DNA of 64,000 nucleotides from Escherichia coli (GTDB lineage Bacteria; Pseudomonadota; Gammaproteobacteria; Enterobacterales; Enterobacteriaceae): NCBI RefSeq assembly GCF_036507355.1, contig NZ_AP027877.1; one strand, 5' to 3'. Shown piece by piece: positions 29,656 to 39,707 of this stretch (position 1 is its first letter; each line of letters starts with the position of its first letter). The notes under the pieces were generated by a model. It saw only the letters and a program-made list of their open reading frames with translations, ran no database searches and was not told where the DNA came from. The position numbers and the translations under genes were made by a program.

Positions 29656-31145
29656 AGCCAGTTCGAAAATGAGTATAACTATGAGTACATAAAAAACAAA
29701 TAATTAATAAAAATATATTAATCAATATGATATCACATAAGTTACGGTTCAACGTCTAATTAATTTATTGTCTCATGAGGTTTCGCTAAATCTCATGAAG
29801 AGCGCAAAAGTATATAAAATCCACGCAATTGCGTGGATTTTTCATTTCACCGAGTCCTAATCATTCTTGTAACATCCTACACTTTTGTGCTTATTGCCTA
29901 CAGTGAACCACGAGAATAATTAAAGACATAAGTGTTCAGATGACGGATATCTCATTAGCAGTGATATAACGTCAGTTTTTGTTCCACTACACATCAGCCC
30001 CCTTCACAGCTGATCAATATTGATCACGCTCCAATATACTGGCGAGAAAAGGACTTACCTGAAGGGTAATATCCCGCAGATAAAGTCCCCGAATAACGTG
30101 ATTACGTGCGATCCTGGCAAGATGAAAATGATAACCAATAGCACGATAATAACGATATGCCAGAACATCCATTGATCAAAAATGAATATCGATGTTTTTT
30201 GCTTTTTCTTATTAGTAATGCAAAAATGGCGCATATTGTTTTTGTTATGCAGATACATCAAGCGAAAATCCCATAACTAATTAGGATTATTACCAAAAAA
30301 TATTCACCAAATTATTTAACCGCTGTTTGTTGTAATGTTTTTGTCATATTCATAGTAACGAATTGGAATAAGTAACGACAACTTAGGGAATAACTCGATC
30401 TAAACTTACCTTTGTAATGGGGATGTTAAATATATATTAATTCCTGTGTTTCTGATTTTACCCGGTAATAGAGAATTATTCTCATAGCAGCTCATCATGA
30501 TTGCACCATACAAATATCATGATGATAAGAGGATATTATTCATTGACTTAAACAAAATGACAAAATTCATAGACCCATAGCCTGGGTACTATATAGGAGT
30601 GGTATGGGCATCAAACAACACAATGGGAATACCAAAGCCGATCGTCTCGCTGAATTAAAAATCCGTTCGCCCTCAATTCAACTGATAAAATTTGGCGCTA
30701 TTGGTTTGAATGCAATTATCTTTTCCCCCCTGCTGATAGCTGCTGATACAGGAAGTCAATATGGCACCAATATTACTATTAATGATGGTGACAGAATTAC
30801 AGGAGATACCGCCGATCCATCAGGAAACCTCTATGGTGTAATGACCCCAGCAGGAAACACGCCTGGCAATATCAACCTGGGTAATGATGTCACCGTCAAT
30901 GTCAACGACGCCTCTGGATATGCAAAAGGAATCATTATTCAGGGCAAAAACAGCTCCCTGACAGCTAACCGACTCACAGTAGATGTTGTTGGTCAAACCT
31001 CTGCCATCGGCATTAATTTAATTGGTGACTATACCCATGCTGACTTAGGCACAGGCAGCACCATTAAGAGTAACGATGACGGCATCATTATTGGGCATAG
31101 CTCAACACTAACAGCCACTCAATTAACTGAATCGCCACGGATAAT

Positions 31146-31958
31146 CTAGACACTTCCGAGCCGTTGATAATACTGGTTTTCATATTCTGTCGGTGACATC
31201 TGATCGCTGGAACCATGCCGACGCTTACTGTTATAAAACATTTCGATGTAATCAAAAATATCGCTGCGGGCTTCTTCCCGCGTTCCGTAGATCTTTTTCT
31301 TTATCCGTTCGCGTTTCAACAACTGGAAAAAGCTTTCTGCAACCGCATTATCATGGCAGTTACCGCGACGGCTCATGCTGCCATCCAGGCCGTGTGATTT
31401 CAGGAACGACTGCCACTCATGGCTTGTGTACTGACTGCCCTGATCCGAATGAACCAGCACCTGTTTTTGGGGATTACGGCGCCATACAGCCATCAGCAGT
31501 GCGTTCAGGACAATGTCCTTTGTCATCCGGGATTGCATGGACCAGCCGATAATTTTGCGTGAGAACAGATCAACAACCACGGCAAGATACAGCCAGCCTT
31601 CGTGGGTCCTGATGTAGGTTATGTCCGTTACCCAACGCTTATCCGGAGCATCCGGATTGAACTGTCGCTGGAGCCTGTTGGGCGACACGATACTGGCCTC
31701 GCCTTTACGTGCCCGCGGGCTCCGGTATCCGACCTGAGCCTTTATCCCGACACGTTTCATCAGTCGCCAGACTCTGTTCACTCCGCACTGTTGCCCGCTG
31801 TCCCGCAGATCCAGATGGATTTTGCGATAACCATAGACGCATCCCGATTCCAGCCAGAACTGTTTAATCTGCCCTGTCAGCCTCAGGTCTGCCTGATGGC
31901 GTTGTGAATGCGGCTGCTGAAGCCAGGCGTAAAAACCACTGGGATGAACATCCAGCAC
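31146..31958 (-). CDS. IS3-family OrfB transposase (DDE)
   Basis: 270-aa ORF with IS3-family integrase core (WVTDITYIRT ... HSDQGSQYTS ... HDNAVAESFF). Confidence 0.8.
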   Translation of the reverse strand: MLDVHPSGFYAWLQQPHSQRHQADLRLTGQIKQFWLESGCVYGYRKIHLDLRDSGQQCGVNRVWRLMKRVGIKAQVGYRSPRARKGEASIVSPNRLQRQFNPDAPDKRWVTDITYIRTHEGWLYLAVVVDLFSRKIIGWSMQSRMTKDIVLNALLMAVWRRNPQKQVLVHSDQGSQYTSHEWQSFLKSHGLDGSMSRRGNCHDNAVAESFFQLLKRERIKKKIYGTREEARSDIFDYIEMFYNSKRRHGSSDQMSPTEYENQYYQRLGSV

Positions 31959-32014
31959 CCGACAGAGCAGGCGAACAGGCCAGCAACAGGTGTTGTCACG
32001 GATAAAGGCGTACC

Positions 32015-32293
32015 TCAGTCGGACAGCTTTGCGAAGTACGCCGCGGCTTTTTTTAATATGTCCCGTTCGTCGGTAACCCGCTTCAGCTCTTTCTGGAGAC
32101 GGCGGATCTCGGCCTGAGCATCTGACTGTTCTTTATTAGCGGAAGAATCCGGACCGTACTTCTTTATCCAGGCGTAAAGGCTGTGGGTGGTGATATCGAG
32201 ACGTGTTGCAACGCTGGCAACAGAATAACCGCGATCAACAACCTGTTTGACTGCTTCAATTTTAAACTCTTCGGGATAACGCTTACCGCTCAT
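32015..32293 (-). CDS. IS3-family OrfA
   Basis: Short HTH protein (MSGKRYPEEFKIEAVKQVVDRGYSVASVATRLDI...) with a C-terminal leucine zipper, just upstream of OrfB. Confidence 0.8.
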   Translation of the reverse strand: MSGKRYPEEFKIEAVKQVVDRGYSVASVATRLDITTHSLYAWIKKYGPDSSANKEQSDAQAEIRRLQKELKRVTDERDILKKAAAYFAKLSD

Positions 32294-32396
32294 GGGCACC
32301 TCTCTTTAAGCCATCTTAAATGACTCTGAGGTGTCTGTTAAACCCGTGGCGATTCAGGTGTACTGGCAATAGCGGACACTACCATTTGTTCTTTTT

Positions 32397-33215
32397 TTAA
32401 GCAGCCATCTGATGATATTTTTCCCTGAAGGCTGCCGGGGAGATATTCCCCAGACGAGAGTGACGACGCTGACGATTGTAGAAAATCTCAATGTATTCCC
32501 GTATTACTGAGATGGCTTCATCCCGGTTATTAAAACGATAGTGGCTCAGGCTCTCATTTTTCAGCGTTCCCCAGAAGCTTTCCAGCGGAGCGTTGTCGTA
32601 ACAGTTACCTTTACGCGACATTGATGTTTTCAGACCAAACTGCTCCTGTATGACCCGGTAATCGTATGCGCAGTACTGTGAACCTCGATCAGAGTGGTGG
32701 ATTAGCCCGGCAGGTGGGCGCTGGCTCCTGAGCGCCATAAACAGGGCTTTACCTGTCAGCTCTTTTGTCATGCGCTCTCCCATGGCGTAGCCGACAATTT
32801 CGCACGTATAAACATCTTTGATGCCAGCGAGGTACAACCATCCCTCCTGTGTGGCAACATACGTCAGGTCCGCCACCCAGACCTGATTTGGTGCTGTAGG
32901 AGCGAACGTCTGGTTCAGCAGATTTGGCGCAACTGGCAGATTGTGGTTCGAGTTCGTAGTCGCTCTGAACTTGCGTTTCTGCTTACAGCGTAGCCTTAGC
33001 TCCTTACGAAGACGTGCCAGTCGGTCACGACCAACGATGATGCCATTCTCTGCCAGCTCCGTCTGGAGCCGCCGGGTTCCATATGTTTCGCGAGTGCGGA
33101 TATGTGCCACCTTAATCTCCAGTTTTAGCCGCTCATCACTTTGTTTTCTGTCTGAGGGTTCATGCTGTACCCAGTTGTAATAACCGCTCCTGGATACACC
33201 AAATACCTGACACAT
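32397..33215 (-). CDS. IS600 OrfB transposase (DDE)
   Basis: 272-aa ORF with IS3-family catalytic core (WVADLTYVAT ... HSDRGSQYCA ... YDNAPLESFW). Confidence 0.85.
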   Translation of the reverse strand: MCQVFGVSRSGYYNWVQHEPSDRKQSDERLKLEIKVAHIRTRETYGTRRLQTELAENGIIVGRDRLARLRKELRLRCKQKRKFRATTNSNHNLPVAPNLLNQTFAPTAPNQVWVADLTYVATQEGWLYLAGIKDVYTCEIVGYAMGERMTKELTGKALFMALRSQRPPAGLIHHSDRGSQYCAYDYRVIQEQFGLKTSMSRKGNCYDNAPLESFWGTLKNESLSHYRFNNRDEAISVIREYIEIFYNRQRRHSRLGNISPAAFREKYHQMAA

Positions 33216-33250
33216 CGCTTCAATGGGAAATTGTTGTCGCCATTGTTCGA

Positions 33251-33553
33251 TTAACGCGTATTTTTCAGCGACTCCTGTGCAAAATACGCTGTTGCTTTTT
33301 TTAATATATCTCGCTCAAGGCGAGCTTCATTTAACGCCTTACGCAGTTGCAGAATTTCAGATTCCAGTTCAGCCACCGTGCGGGAACCAGGAGTACCGAG
33401 CCCTTTTCTGGCGGCGGTAACCCATTGTCCTAAAGTGCCTTCAGGAAGAGATAATCGGGAAGCGCCTTCACTGATCGAAAGTTGATTTTCAAGAACCGTT
33501 CTGACAGCTTCGGCTTTGAACTCTTTAGAGTAACGTTGGGTTTTTCTGCTCAT
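33251..33553 (-). CDS. IS600 OrfA
   Basis: 100-aa HTH/leucine-zipper protein MSRKTQRYSKEFKAEAVRTVLENQ... Confidence 0.85.
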   Translation of the reverse strand: MSRKTQRYSKEFKAEAVRTVLENQLSISEGASRLSLPEGTLGQWVTAARKGLGTPGSRTVAELESEILQLRKALNEARLERDILKKATAYFAQESLKNTR

Positions 33554-35842
33554 TATTAGCTCCTTCTGATGCCATTCTATTTCAGGAAGGAGTGTCCGTT
33601 AAACTCAGGCTACCTCACAAACAGTACCATTAAAACCAATGGCGATAATGCTCACGGCCTCTGGAGCTTTGGCCAGGTTAGCGCGAATGCACTCACTGTT
33701 GATGTAACTGGAGCCGCGGCCAATGGCGTCGAAGTTCGTGGTGGTACAACCACTATCGGTGCAGATAGCCATATTTCTTCCGCGCAGGGCGGTGGTCTCG
33801 TAGCCAGTGGTTCAGACGCGACAATCAATTTTTCTGGCACGGCAGCGCAACGAAACAGCATCTTTTCCGGCGGTTCTTATGGTGCCTCGGCCCAGACGGC
33901 AACGGCTGTTATCAACATGCAAAATACCGATATTACGGTTGATCGTAATGGCAGTCTGGCGCTGGGTTTGTGGGCGCTCAGCGGCGGTAGAATAACCGGA
34001 GACAGTTTGGCTATCACCGGCGCGGCAGGAGCCAGGGGGATTTATGCCATGACCAACAGCCAGATCGACCTCACGAGCGATCTGGTCATTGATATGAGTA
34101 CACCCGACCAGATGGCCATCGCAACGCAACATGACGATGGTTATGCCGCCAGCCGCATCAACGCTTCGGGTCGTATGCTTATCAACGGTAGCGTTCTCTC
34201 CAAAGGTGGGCTAATCAATCTGGATATGCACCCTGGGTCGGTTTGGACAGGTTCCTCCCTTAGCGATAATGTCAATGACGGGAAACTGGACGTTGCAATG
34301 AATAACAGCGTCTGGAACGTAACAAGTAATTCTAATCTCGACACGCTGGCGCTGAGCCATTCAACTGTCGATTTTGCCAGCCACGCATCAACTGCCGGCA
34401 CATTTACCACATTAAACGTAGAGAACCTGAGCGGTAACAGTACCTTTATTATGCGTGCTGATGTTGTTGGCGAGGGTAATGGCGTTAATAATAAAGGAGA
34501 TTTATTGAATATCAGCGGGAGTAGTGCTGGTAATCACGTATTGGCTATCCGCAACCAGGGCAGCGAGGCCACAACGGGAAATGAAGTTCTGACAGTGGTA
34601 AAAACCACTGACGGTGCGGCCTCGTTCAGCGCGTCTTCTCAGGTTGAGTTGGGGGGATATCTGTACGATGTGCGTAAAAATGGCACTAACTGGGAGCTTT
34701 ATGCTTCCGGGACAATTCCGGAGCCGACTCCAAATCCTGAACCAACGCCGGCTCCCGCTCAGCCTCCCATAGTCAACCCCGATCCTACGCCTGAACCCGA
34801 TCCTACGCCTACCCCCACTCCCACACCTAAACCCACCACGACCGCAGATGCTGGCGGCAATTATCTCAATGTTGGTTACTTATTGAACTATGTTGAAAAC
34901 CGTACGCTGATGCAACGGATGGGTGACCTGCGAAATCAGAGTAAAGACGGTAATATCTGGCTGCGCAGTTATGGGGGAAGCCTGGACTCCTTCGCCAGTA
35001 GCAAACTGAGCGGCTTTGACATGGGTTACAGCGGTATCCAGTTTGGTGGGGATAAACGTCTCTCTGATGAAATGCCGTTGTATGTCGGTCTGTATATTGG
35101 CTCAACACATGCATCGCCGGACTATAGCGGTGGCGACGGTACCGCACGTTCAGACTATATGGGAATGTACGCCAATTACATGGCACACAGCGGTTTTTAC
35201 AGCGATCTCGTTGTAAAAGCATCGCGCCAGAAAAATAGTTTCCACGTACGGGACAGTCAGAACAACGGCGTTAACGCCAACGGCACTGCGAATGGATTGA
35301 GCATCTCCCTGGAAGCCGGGCAGAGGTTCAACCTGACCCCTACTGGTTATGGGTTCTATATAGAGCCGCAAACCCAGCTCACATACAGCCACCAGAATGA
35401 GATGGCTATGAAGGCGAGTAATGGCCTCAATATACATCTGAATCACTACGAATCGCTGCTGGGGCGTGCCAGTATGATACTGGGATATGACATCACCGCA
35501 GGCAACAGCCAGCTGAATATGTATGTGAAGACTGGCGCTATCCACGAGTTTTCAGGGGATACAGAATATCTGTTGAACAACTCCCGGGAGAAGTACAGTT
35601 TCAAAGGTAATGGCTGGAATAACGGCGTGGGAGTCAGTGCACAGTATAACAAACAGCACACATTCTACCTCGAAGCGGATTACACGCAGGGTAACCTCTT
35701 TGATCAGAAACAAGTCAACGGAGGATATCGCTTCAGCTTTTAAGTGCGGGATAGACAAGCCCTTAAACGATGCTGAAAAATGTTAGCGTGCGCCGGAATG
35801 AAATATAGATCACTCTGATGTACCAGAAATCGTCTCTGTCTT

Positions 35843-37762
35843 TCATACCCGGCGCTTAAACTGCCCTGCATCAATGCCATGTTGCTTCATTTTCCGCCAC
35901 AGCGTAGTGCGGCCGATTCCAAGTAAAGCCGACATTTCCTGAATGCGACCGCCTGTGACCTGGGCTGCGTTAATAATTGCCTCTTTTTCAACTTCCGCAA
36001 ATGACAGACTGGTGGAAAGGCGTGTGGCGCTGACATCATCTGTCGCCTGCTCGGTAAACAGATGTTCCGGCAAATCACTGACGCGAATGCGCCCATTATC
36101 ACTACTCAGAGCAAGATTCTCGATGACGCTGTAAAGTTCAAAATCGTTTCCTGGCCATGCACAAGAAACCAGGCGAGCGAGGGCATCGTCATCAATTTTC
36201 AGCCGCGTAGAGAAGCGTTTTTCAAGACTGCGTAATTTGTTATTCACCAACGCCGGAATGCTGCCACGCCGCATACGCAGAGGCGGGATGGTAATTTCAA
36301 ATGCATGCAGCGCGTAATACAGCTGGCGACTAAAGCGATTTTGTTCCACCAGCATTGCGAGGTCCGCGGTCGTTGTGGCAATCACTTTGACATCAATTGG
36401 TATTAAACGCCGCGCATCCAGTCGCGTGATAACACCCTGCTTGATAACCTGAAGCAAAGCAGACTGTAACTCCACCGCCAGATATTCAATCTTTTCAAGA
36501 AACAGCGTGCCACCGTGCGCCAGTTCCAGCCGACTCAGACGGCCATTTTCATTGTCCGTGCGATCGCCGCCAATAAATTCTTCCGCCAGCGCCGCATCAC
36601 CATATAACTCACAATTGACGGCGATATAAGGACCTGCAGCACACTCGCTTTCATTATGAATTGCCTGACTTAGCAGTGCCTTGCCCACGCCCTCTTCTCC
36701 ACAAAGCAGGACAGGAAAGCTACTGCGCGCCGCCTGGCGACCAAAATGAATCAAGCGGCGGGTTTGCGGATCGTCCTGTGGCATATGAGCGAAGGTATGG
36801 CTGACTTTTCCTAATTGACTGGTCATTAACTGCCGCATCTGTTCCACAGGATGGAGCAACAAAATAAAGCTGGTTCCCTGCGTTTCTATTATCGGTTTAA
36901 GGGTTATCACCGCATCAATAAACTGGTGCTGACTTTCAAAGGTTGCTTCTACGTGTTTGAGCGGATGTGCCTGTTTTATTGCTTGTTGCAATACGGCGGG
37001 TAACGTTAAGAGTTCAGTGATTGCCCGTCCCTGACTTGCCGTCGCGTCAAGGCGCAAGACCCGCGCCGCCTGGGCATTAATAAATTGCAAATTACCCTGC
37101 TCGTCCCAGCTAATCACGCCATCATCCATACTTTCTAACAGGGCATTAAGTTGATTTAAATGACGGTTAGTTTCAGCGAGCAGACTGTCCGTCAGCAGTA
37201 AATTTCCGACCTCGCGGGCGATTGCCAACGTCAACGGCAAATCAGCTGCGGTAGTTTGCTCAACCGGACACGCCAGCGCTATTGTTCCCGTCAATCGGCC
37301 CTTGCTGTCAAACAACGGCGTTGCACAAAAGGCCCAGTTCCAGAGTGCCTGTTTGAAATGTTGATCGGCCATCGTTTTCACGGCCTGACCAGAGATAGCC
37401 GCTAACGATAGCGCACAAGTACCAATAATTCCCTCGGCGCAATACGTGCCGTCATGGAATCCCAGTGTACTTAGCTGCTGCAAGGTTTGCGGATCGCCAT
37501 TACGGCTGAGAATGCAGGCGGATTCATCGAGAATAAACAGCGCACACTCTCGCGGTGCCATATATTCCCAGGCATCTTCCAGCGCAGCCTGCCCGAGCGT
37601 CAGCATAGCTTTCTTACGCCGATAAATAGAAGCAAATGTCACGCCCTGGGCCTGATGTGGTACGTTCCATGTCTCCCGTTTCATCAGTTTATTGCATCTC
37701 TCCCAGGAGGTTGCAATTAAGGGAGATATGCCCCGACCATCGTTGTTAAAAGCGCCACTCAT
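35843..37762 (-). CDS. dhaR: DhaR, sigma-54-type transcriptional activator of the dihydroxyacetone kinase operon
   Basis: GAF/PAS N-terminus, AAA+ sigma-54 interaction domain (GEEGVGKALL ... GAFTGA-like region) and C-terminal HTH; divergent from dhaKLM as in E. coli. Confidence 0.9.
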   Translation of the reverse strand: MSGAFNNDGRGISPLIATSWERCNKLMKRETWNVPHQAQGVTFASIYRRKKAMLTLGQAALEDAWEYMAPRECALFILDESACILSRNGDPQTLQQLSTLGFHDGTYCAEGIIGTCALSLAAISGQAVKTMADQHFKQALWNWAFCATPLFDSKGRLTGTIALACPVEQTTAADLPLTLAIAREVGNLLLTDSLLAETNRHLNQLNALLESMDDGVISWDEQGNLQFINAQAARVLRLDATASQGRAITELLTLPAVLQQAIKQAHPLKHVEATFESQHQFIDAVITLKPIIETQGTSFILLLHPVEQMRQLMTSQLGKVSHTFAHMPQDDPQTRRLIHFGRQAARSSFPVLLCGEEGVGKALLSQAIHNESECAAGPYIAVNCELYGDAALAEEFIGGDRTDNENGRLSRLELAHGGTLFLEKIEYLAVELQSALLQVIKQGVITRLDARRLIPIDVKVIATTTADLAMLVEQNRFSRQLYYALHAFEITIPPLRMRRGSIPALVNNKLRSLEKRFSTRLKIDDDALARLVSCAWPGNDFELYSVIENLALSSDNGRIRVSDLPEHLFTEQATDDVSATRLSTSLSFAEVEKEAIINAAQVTGGRIQEMSALLGIGRTTLWRKMKQHGIDAGQFKRRV

Positions 37763-37989
37763 ATCCCGCATCCCTTATGACAAAAGGTGTTCCGGCTCGC
37801 AATTTTAAGTATTAATACACGTAAAAGTTTCAATATGGAACATTCATTAAATCATATGTTTCACTATGAAACATAATTTGGGCTAATTTTCTTTTCCCTT
37901 GCCTGATGCACAATGGATTCATCGGCAGTCAGTGGTCGCCGTGTCGTTGAACATCATCCATGCCCTACCGTAATTGCTGGAGCAAAATA

Positions 37990-39060
37990 ATGAAAAAATT
38001 GATCAATGATGTGCAAGACGCACTGGACGAACAACTGGCAGGACTGGCGAAAGCGCATCCATCGCTGACACTGCATCAGGATCCGGTGTATGTCACCCGA
38101 GCTGATGCCCCTGTTGCAGGAAAAGTCGCCCTGCTGTCGGGTGGCGGCAGCGGACACGAGCCGATGCACTGTGGTTATATCGGTCAGGGGATGCTTTCGG
38201 GGGCCTGTCCGGGCGAAATTTTCACCTCACCGACGCCCGATAAAATCTTTGAATGCGCCATGCAAGTTGATGGCGGCGAAGGTGTACTGTTGATTATCAA
38301 AAATTACACCGGCGATATTCTTAACTTCGAAACAGCAACCGAGTTACTGCACGATAGCGGCGTAAAAGTGACCACTGTGGTCATTGATGACGACGTTGCA
38401 GTAAAAGACAGTCTTTATACCGCCGGGCGACGCGGCGTTGCCAACACCGTATTAATTGAAAAACTCGTAGGCGCAGCGGCGGAGCGTGGCGACTCACTGG
38501 ACGCCTGTGCGGAACTGGGGCGTAAGTTGAATAATCAAGGCCACTCAATAGGTATCGCTCTCGGTGCCTGTACCGTTCCTGCCGCGGGCAAACCTTCTTT
38601 TACCCTGGCGGACAATGAGATGGAGTTTGGCGTCGGTATTCATGGTGAGCCGGGTATTGACCGCCGCCCCTTCTCTTCCCTTGATCAAACCGTCGATGAA
38701 ATGTTCGACACCCTGCTGGAAAATGGCTCATACCATCGCACTTTGCGTTTCTGGGATTATCAACAAGGCAATTGGCAGGAAGAACCACAAACCAAACAAC
38801 CGCTCCAGTCTGGCGATAGGGTGATTGCGCTGGTTAACAATCTTGGCGCAACTCCACTTTCTGAGCTGTACGGCGTCTATAACCGCCTGACCACACGTTG
38901 CCAGCAAGCGGGATTGACTATCGAGCGTAATTTAATTGGCGCGTACTGCACCTCACTGGATATGACCGGTTTCTCAATCACCTTACTGAAAGTTGATGAC
39001 GAAACGCTGGCACTCTGGGACGCCCCGGTCCACACCCCGGCCCTTAACTGGGGTAAATAA
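37990..39060 (+). CDS. dhaK: Dihydroxyacetone kinase subunit DhaK
   Basis: Recognised DhaK sequence (MKKLINDVQDALDEQLAGLAKAH...); ATG at 37990 with an RBS, inside the longer track ORF. Confidence 0.9.
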   Translation: MKKLINDVQDALDEQLAGLAKAHPSLTLHQDPVYVTRADAPVAGKVALLSGGGSGHEPMHCGYIGQGMLSGACPGEIFTSPTPDKIFECAMQVDGGEGVLLIIKNYTGDILNFETATELLHDSGVKVTTVVIDDDVAVKDSLYTAGRRGVANTVLIEKLVGAAAERGDSLDACAELGRKLNNQGHSIGIALGACTVPAAGKPSFTLADNEMEFGVGIHGEPGIDRRPFSSLDQTVDEMFDTLLENGSYHRTLRFWDYQQGNWQEEPQTKQPLQSGDRVIALVNNLGATPLSELYGVYNRLTTRCQQAGLTIERNLIGAYCTSLDMTGFSITLLKVDDETLALWDAPVHTPALNWGK

Positions 39061-39070
39061 GGAGAAAGCA

Positions 39071-39703
39071 ATGTCACTGAGCAGAACTCAAATTGTTAAC
39101 TGGCTCACTCGTTGTGGCGATATTTTCAACACCGAGAGCGAGTATCTTACCGGACTGGATCGCGAGATTGGCGACGCTGACCACGGGCTAAATATGAACC
39201 GAGGCTTTAGCAAAGTAGTGGAAAAACTCCCTGCTATCGCAGATAAAGATATCGGTTTCATTCTCAAGAATACCGGTATGACGCTGCTTTCCAGCGTCGG
39301 TGGTGCCAGTGGTCCGCTGTTCGGTACCTTCTTTATCCGCGCCGCACAGGCGACCCAGGCACGGCAAAGCCTGACGCTGGAAGAGCTTTATCAGATGTTC
39401 CGCGATGGCGCGGACGGCGTAATCAGTCGCGGGAAAGCCGAACCTGGCGATAAAACCATGTGTGATGTGTGGGTGCCGGTGGTGGAATCGTTACGTCAGT
39501 CCAGCGAGCAAAATCTCTCTGTTCCGGCGGCGCTCGAAGCTGCCAGTAGCATCGCCGAATCCGCTGCACAAAGTACGATTACGATGCAAGCCCGCAAAGG
39601 CCGCGCCAGTTATCTCGGTGAACGCAGTATTGGTCACCAGGATCCCGGCGCGACCTCGGTGATGTTTATGATGCAAATGTTGGCGTTAGCCGCAAAAGAG
39701 TAA
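39071..39703 (+). CDS. dhaL: Dihydroxyacetone kinase ADP-binding subunit DhaL
   Basis: MSLSRTQIVNWLTRCGDIFNTESEYLTGLDREIGDADHG...; start 10 bp after the dhaK stop with a GGAGAAAG RBS. Confidence 0.9.
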   Translation: MSLSRTQIVNWLTRCGDIFNTESEYLTGLDREIGDADHGLNMNRGFSKVVEKLPAIADKDIGFILKNTGMTLLSSVGGASGPLFGTFFIRAAQATQARQSLTLEELYQMFRDGADGVISRGKAEPGDKTMCDVWVPVVESLRQSSEQNLSVPAALEAASSIAESAAQSTITMQARKGRASYLGERSIGHQDPGATSVMFMMQMLALAAKE

Positions 39704-39707
39704 GGAA

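Larger units (their letters stand above)
31128..32353 (-). mobile_element. IS3-family insertion sequence (about 1.23 kb, type not assigned)
   Basis: Imperfect terminal inverted repeats starting TGAATCGCCACGG at both ends; carries OrfA and OrfB. Its upstream end abuts the tip of IS600. Confidence 0.75.
32354..33617 (-). mobile_element. IS600 (IS3 family, about 1264 bp)
   Basis: OrfA/OrfB recognised as IS600-type; terminal inverted repeats (TGAGGTAGCCTGAGTTTAACGGACACTCC vs ...GGTGTACTGGCAATAGCGGACACTACC); length matches IS600. Confidence 0.8.
30604..35743 (+). pseudogene. ycgV: ycgV-like autotransporter adhesin gene split by two nested IS elements
   Basis: N-terminal part (30604-31127) and C-terminal part (33618-35743) are separated by 2.5 kb of IS DNA. 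The C-terminal part has a Pro/Thr-rich linker and a beta-barrel domain ending GGYRFSF. Confidence 0.7.

Noticed and set aside
33569-33617. Track start codon of the C-terminal autotransporter ORF
   Set aside because: This ATG lies inside the IS600 terminus; the ORF is the downstream piece of an interrupted gene, not an independent start.
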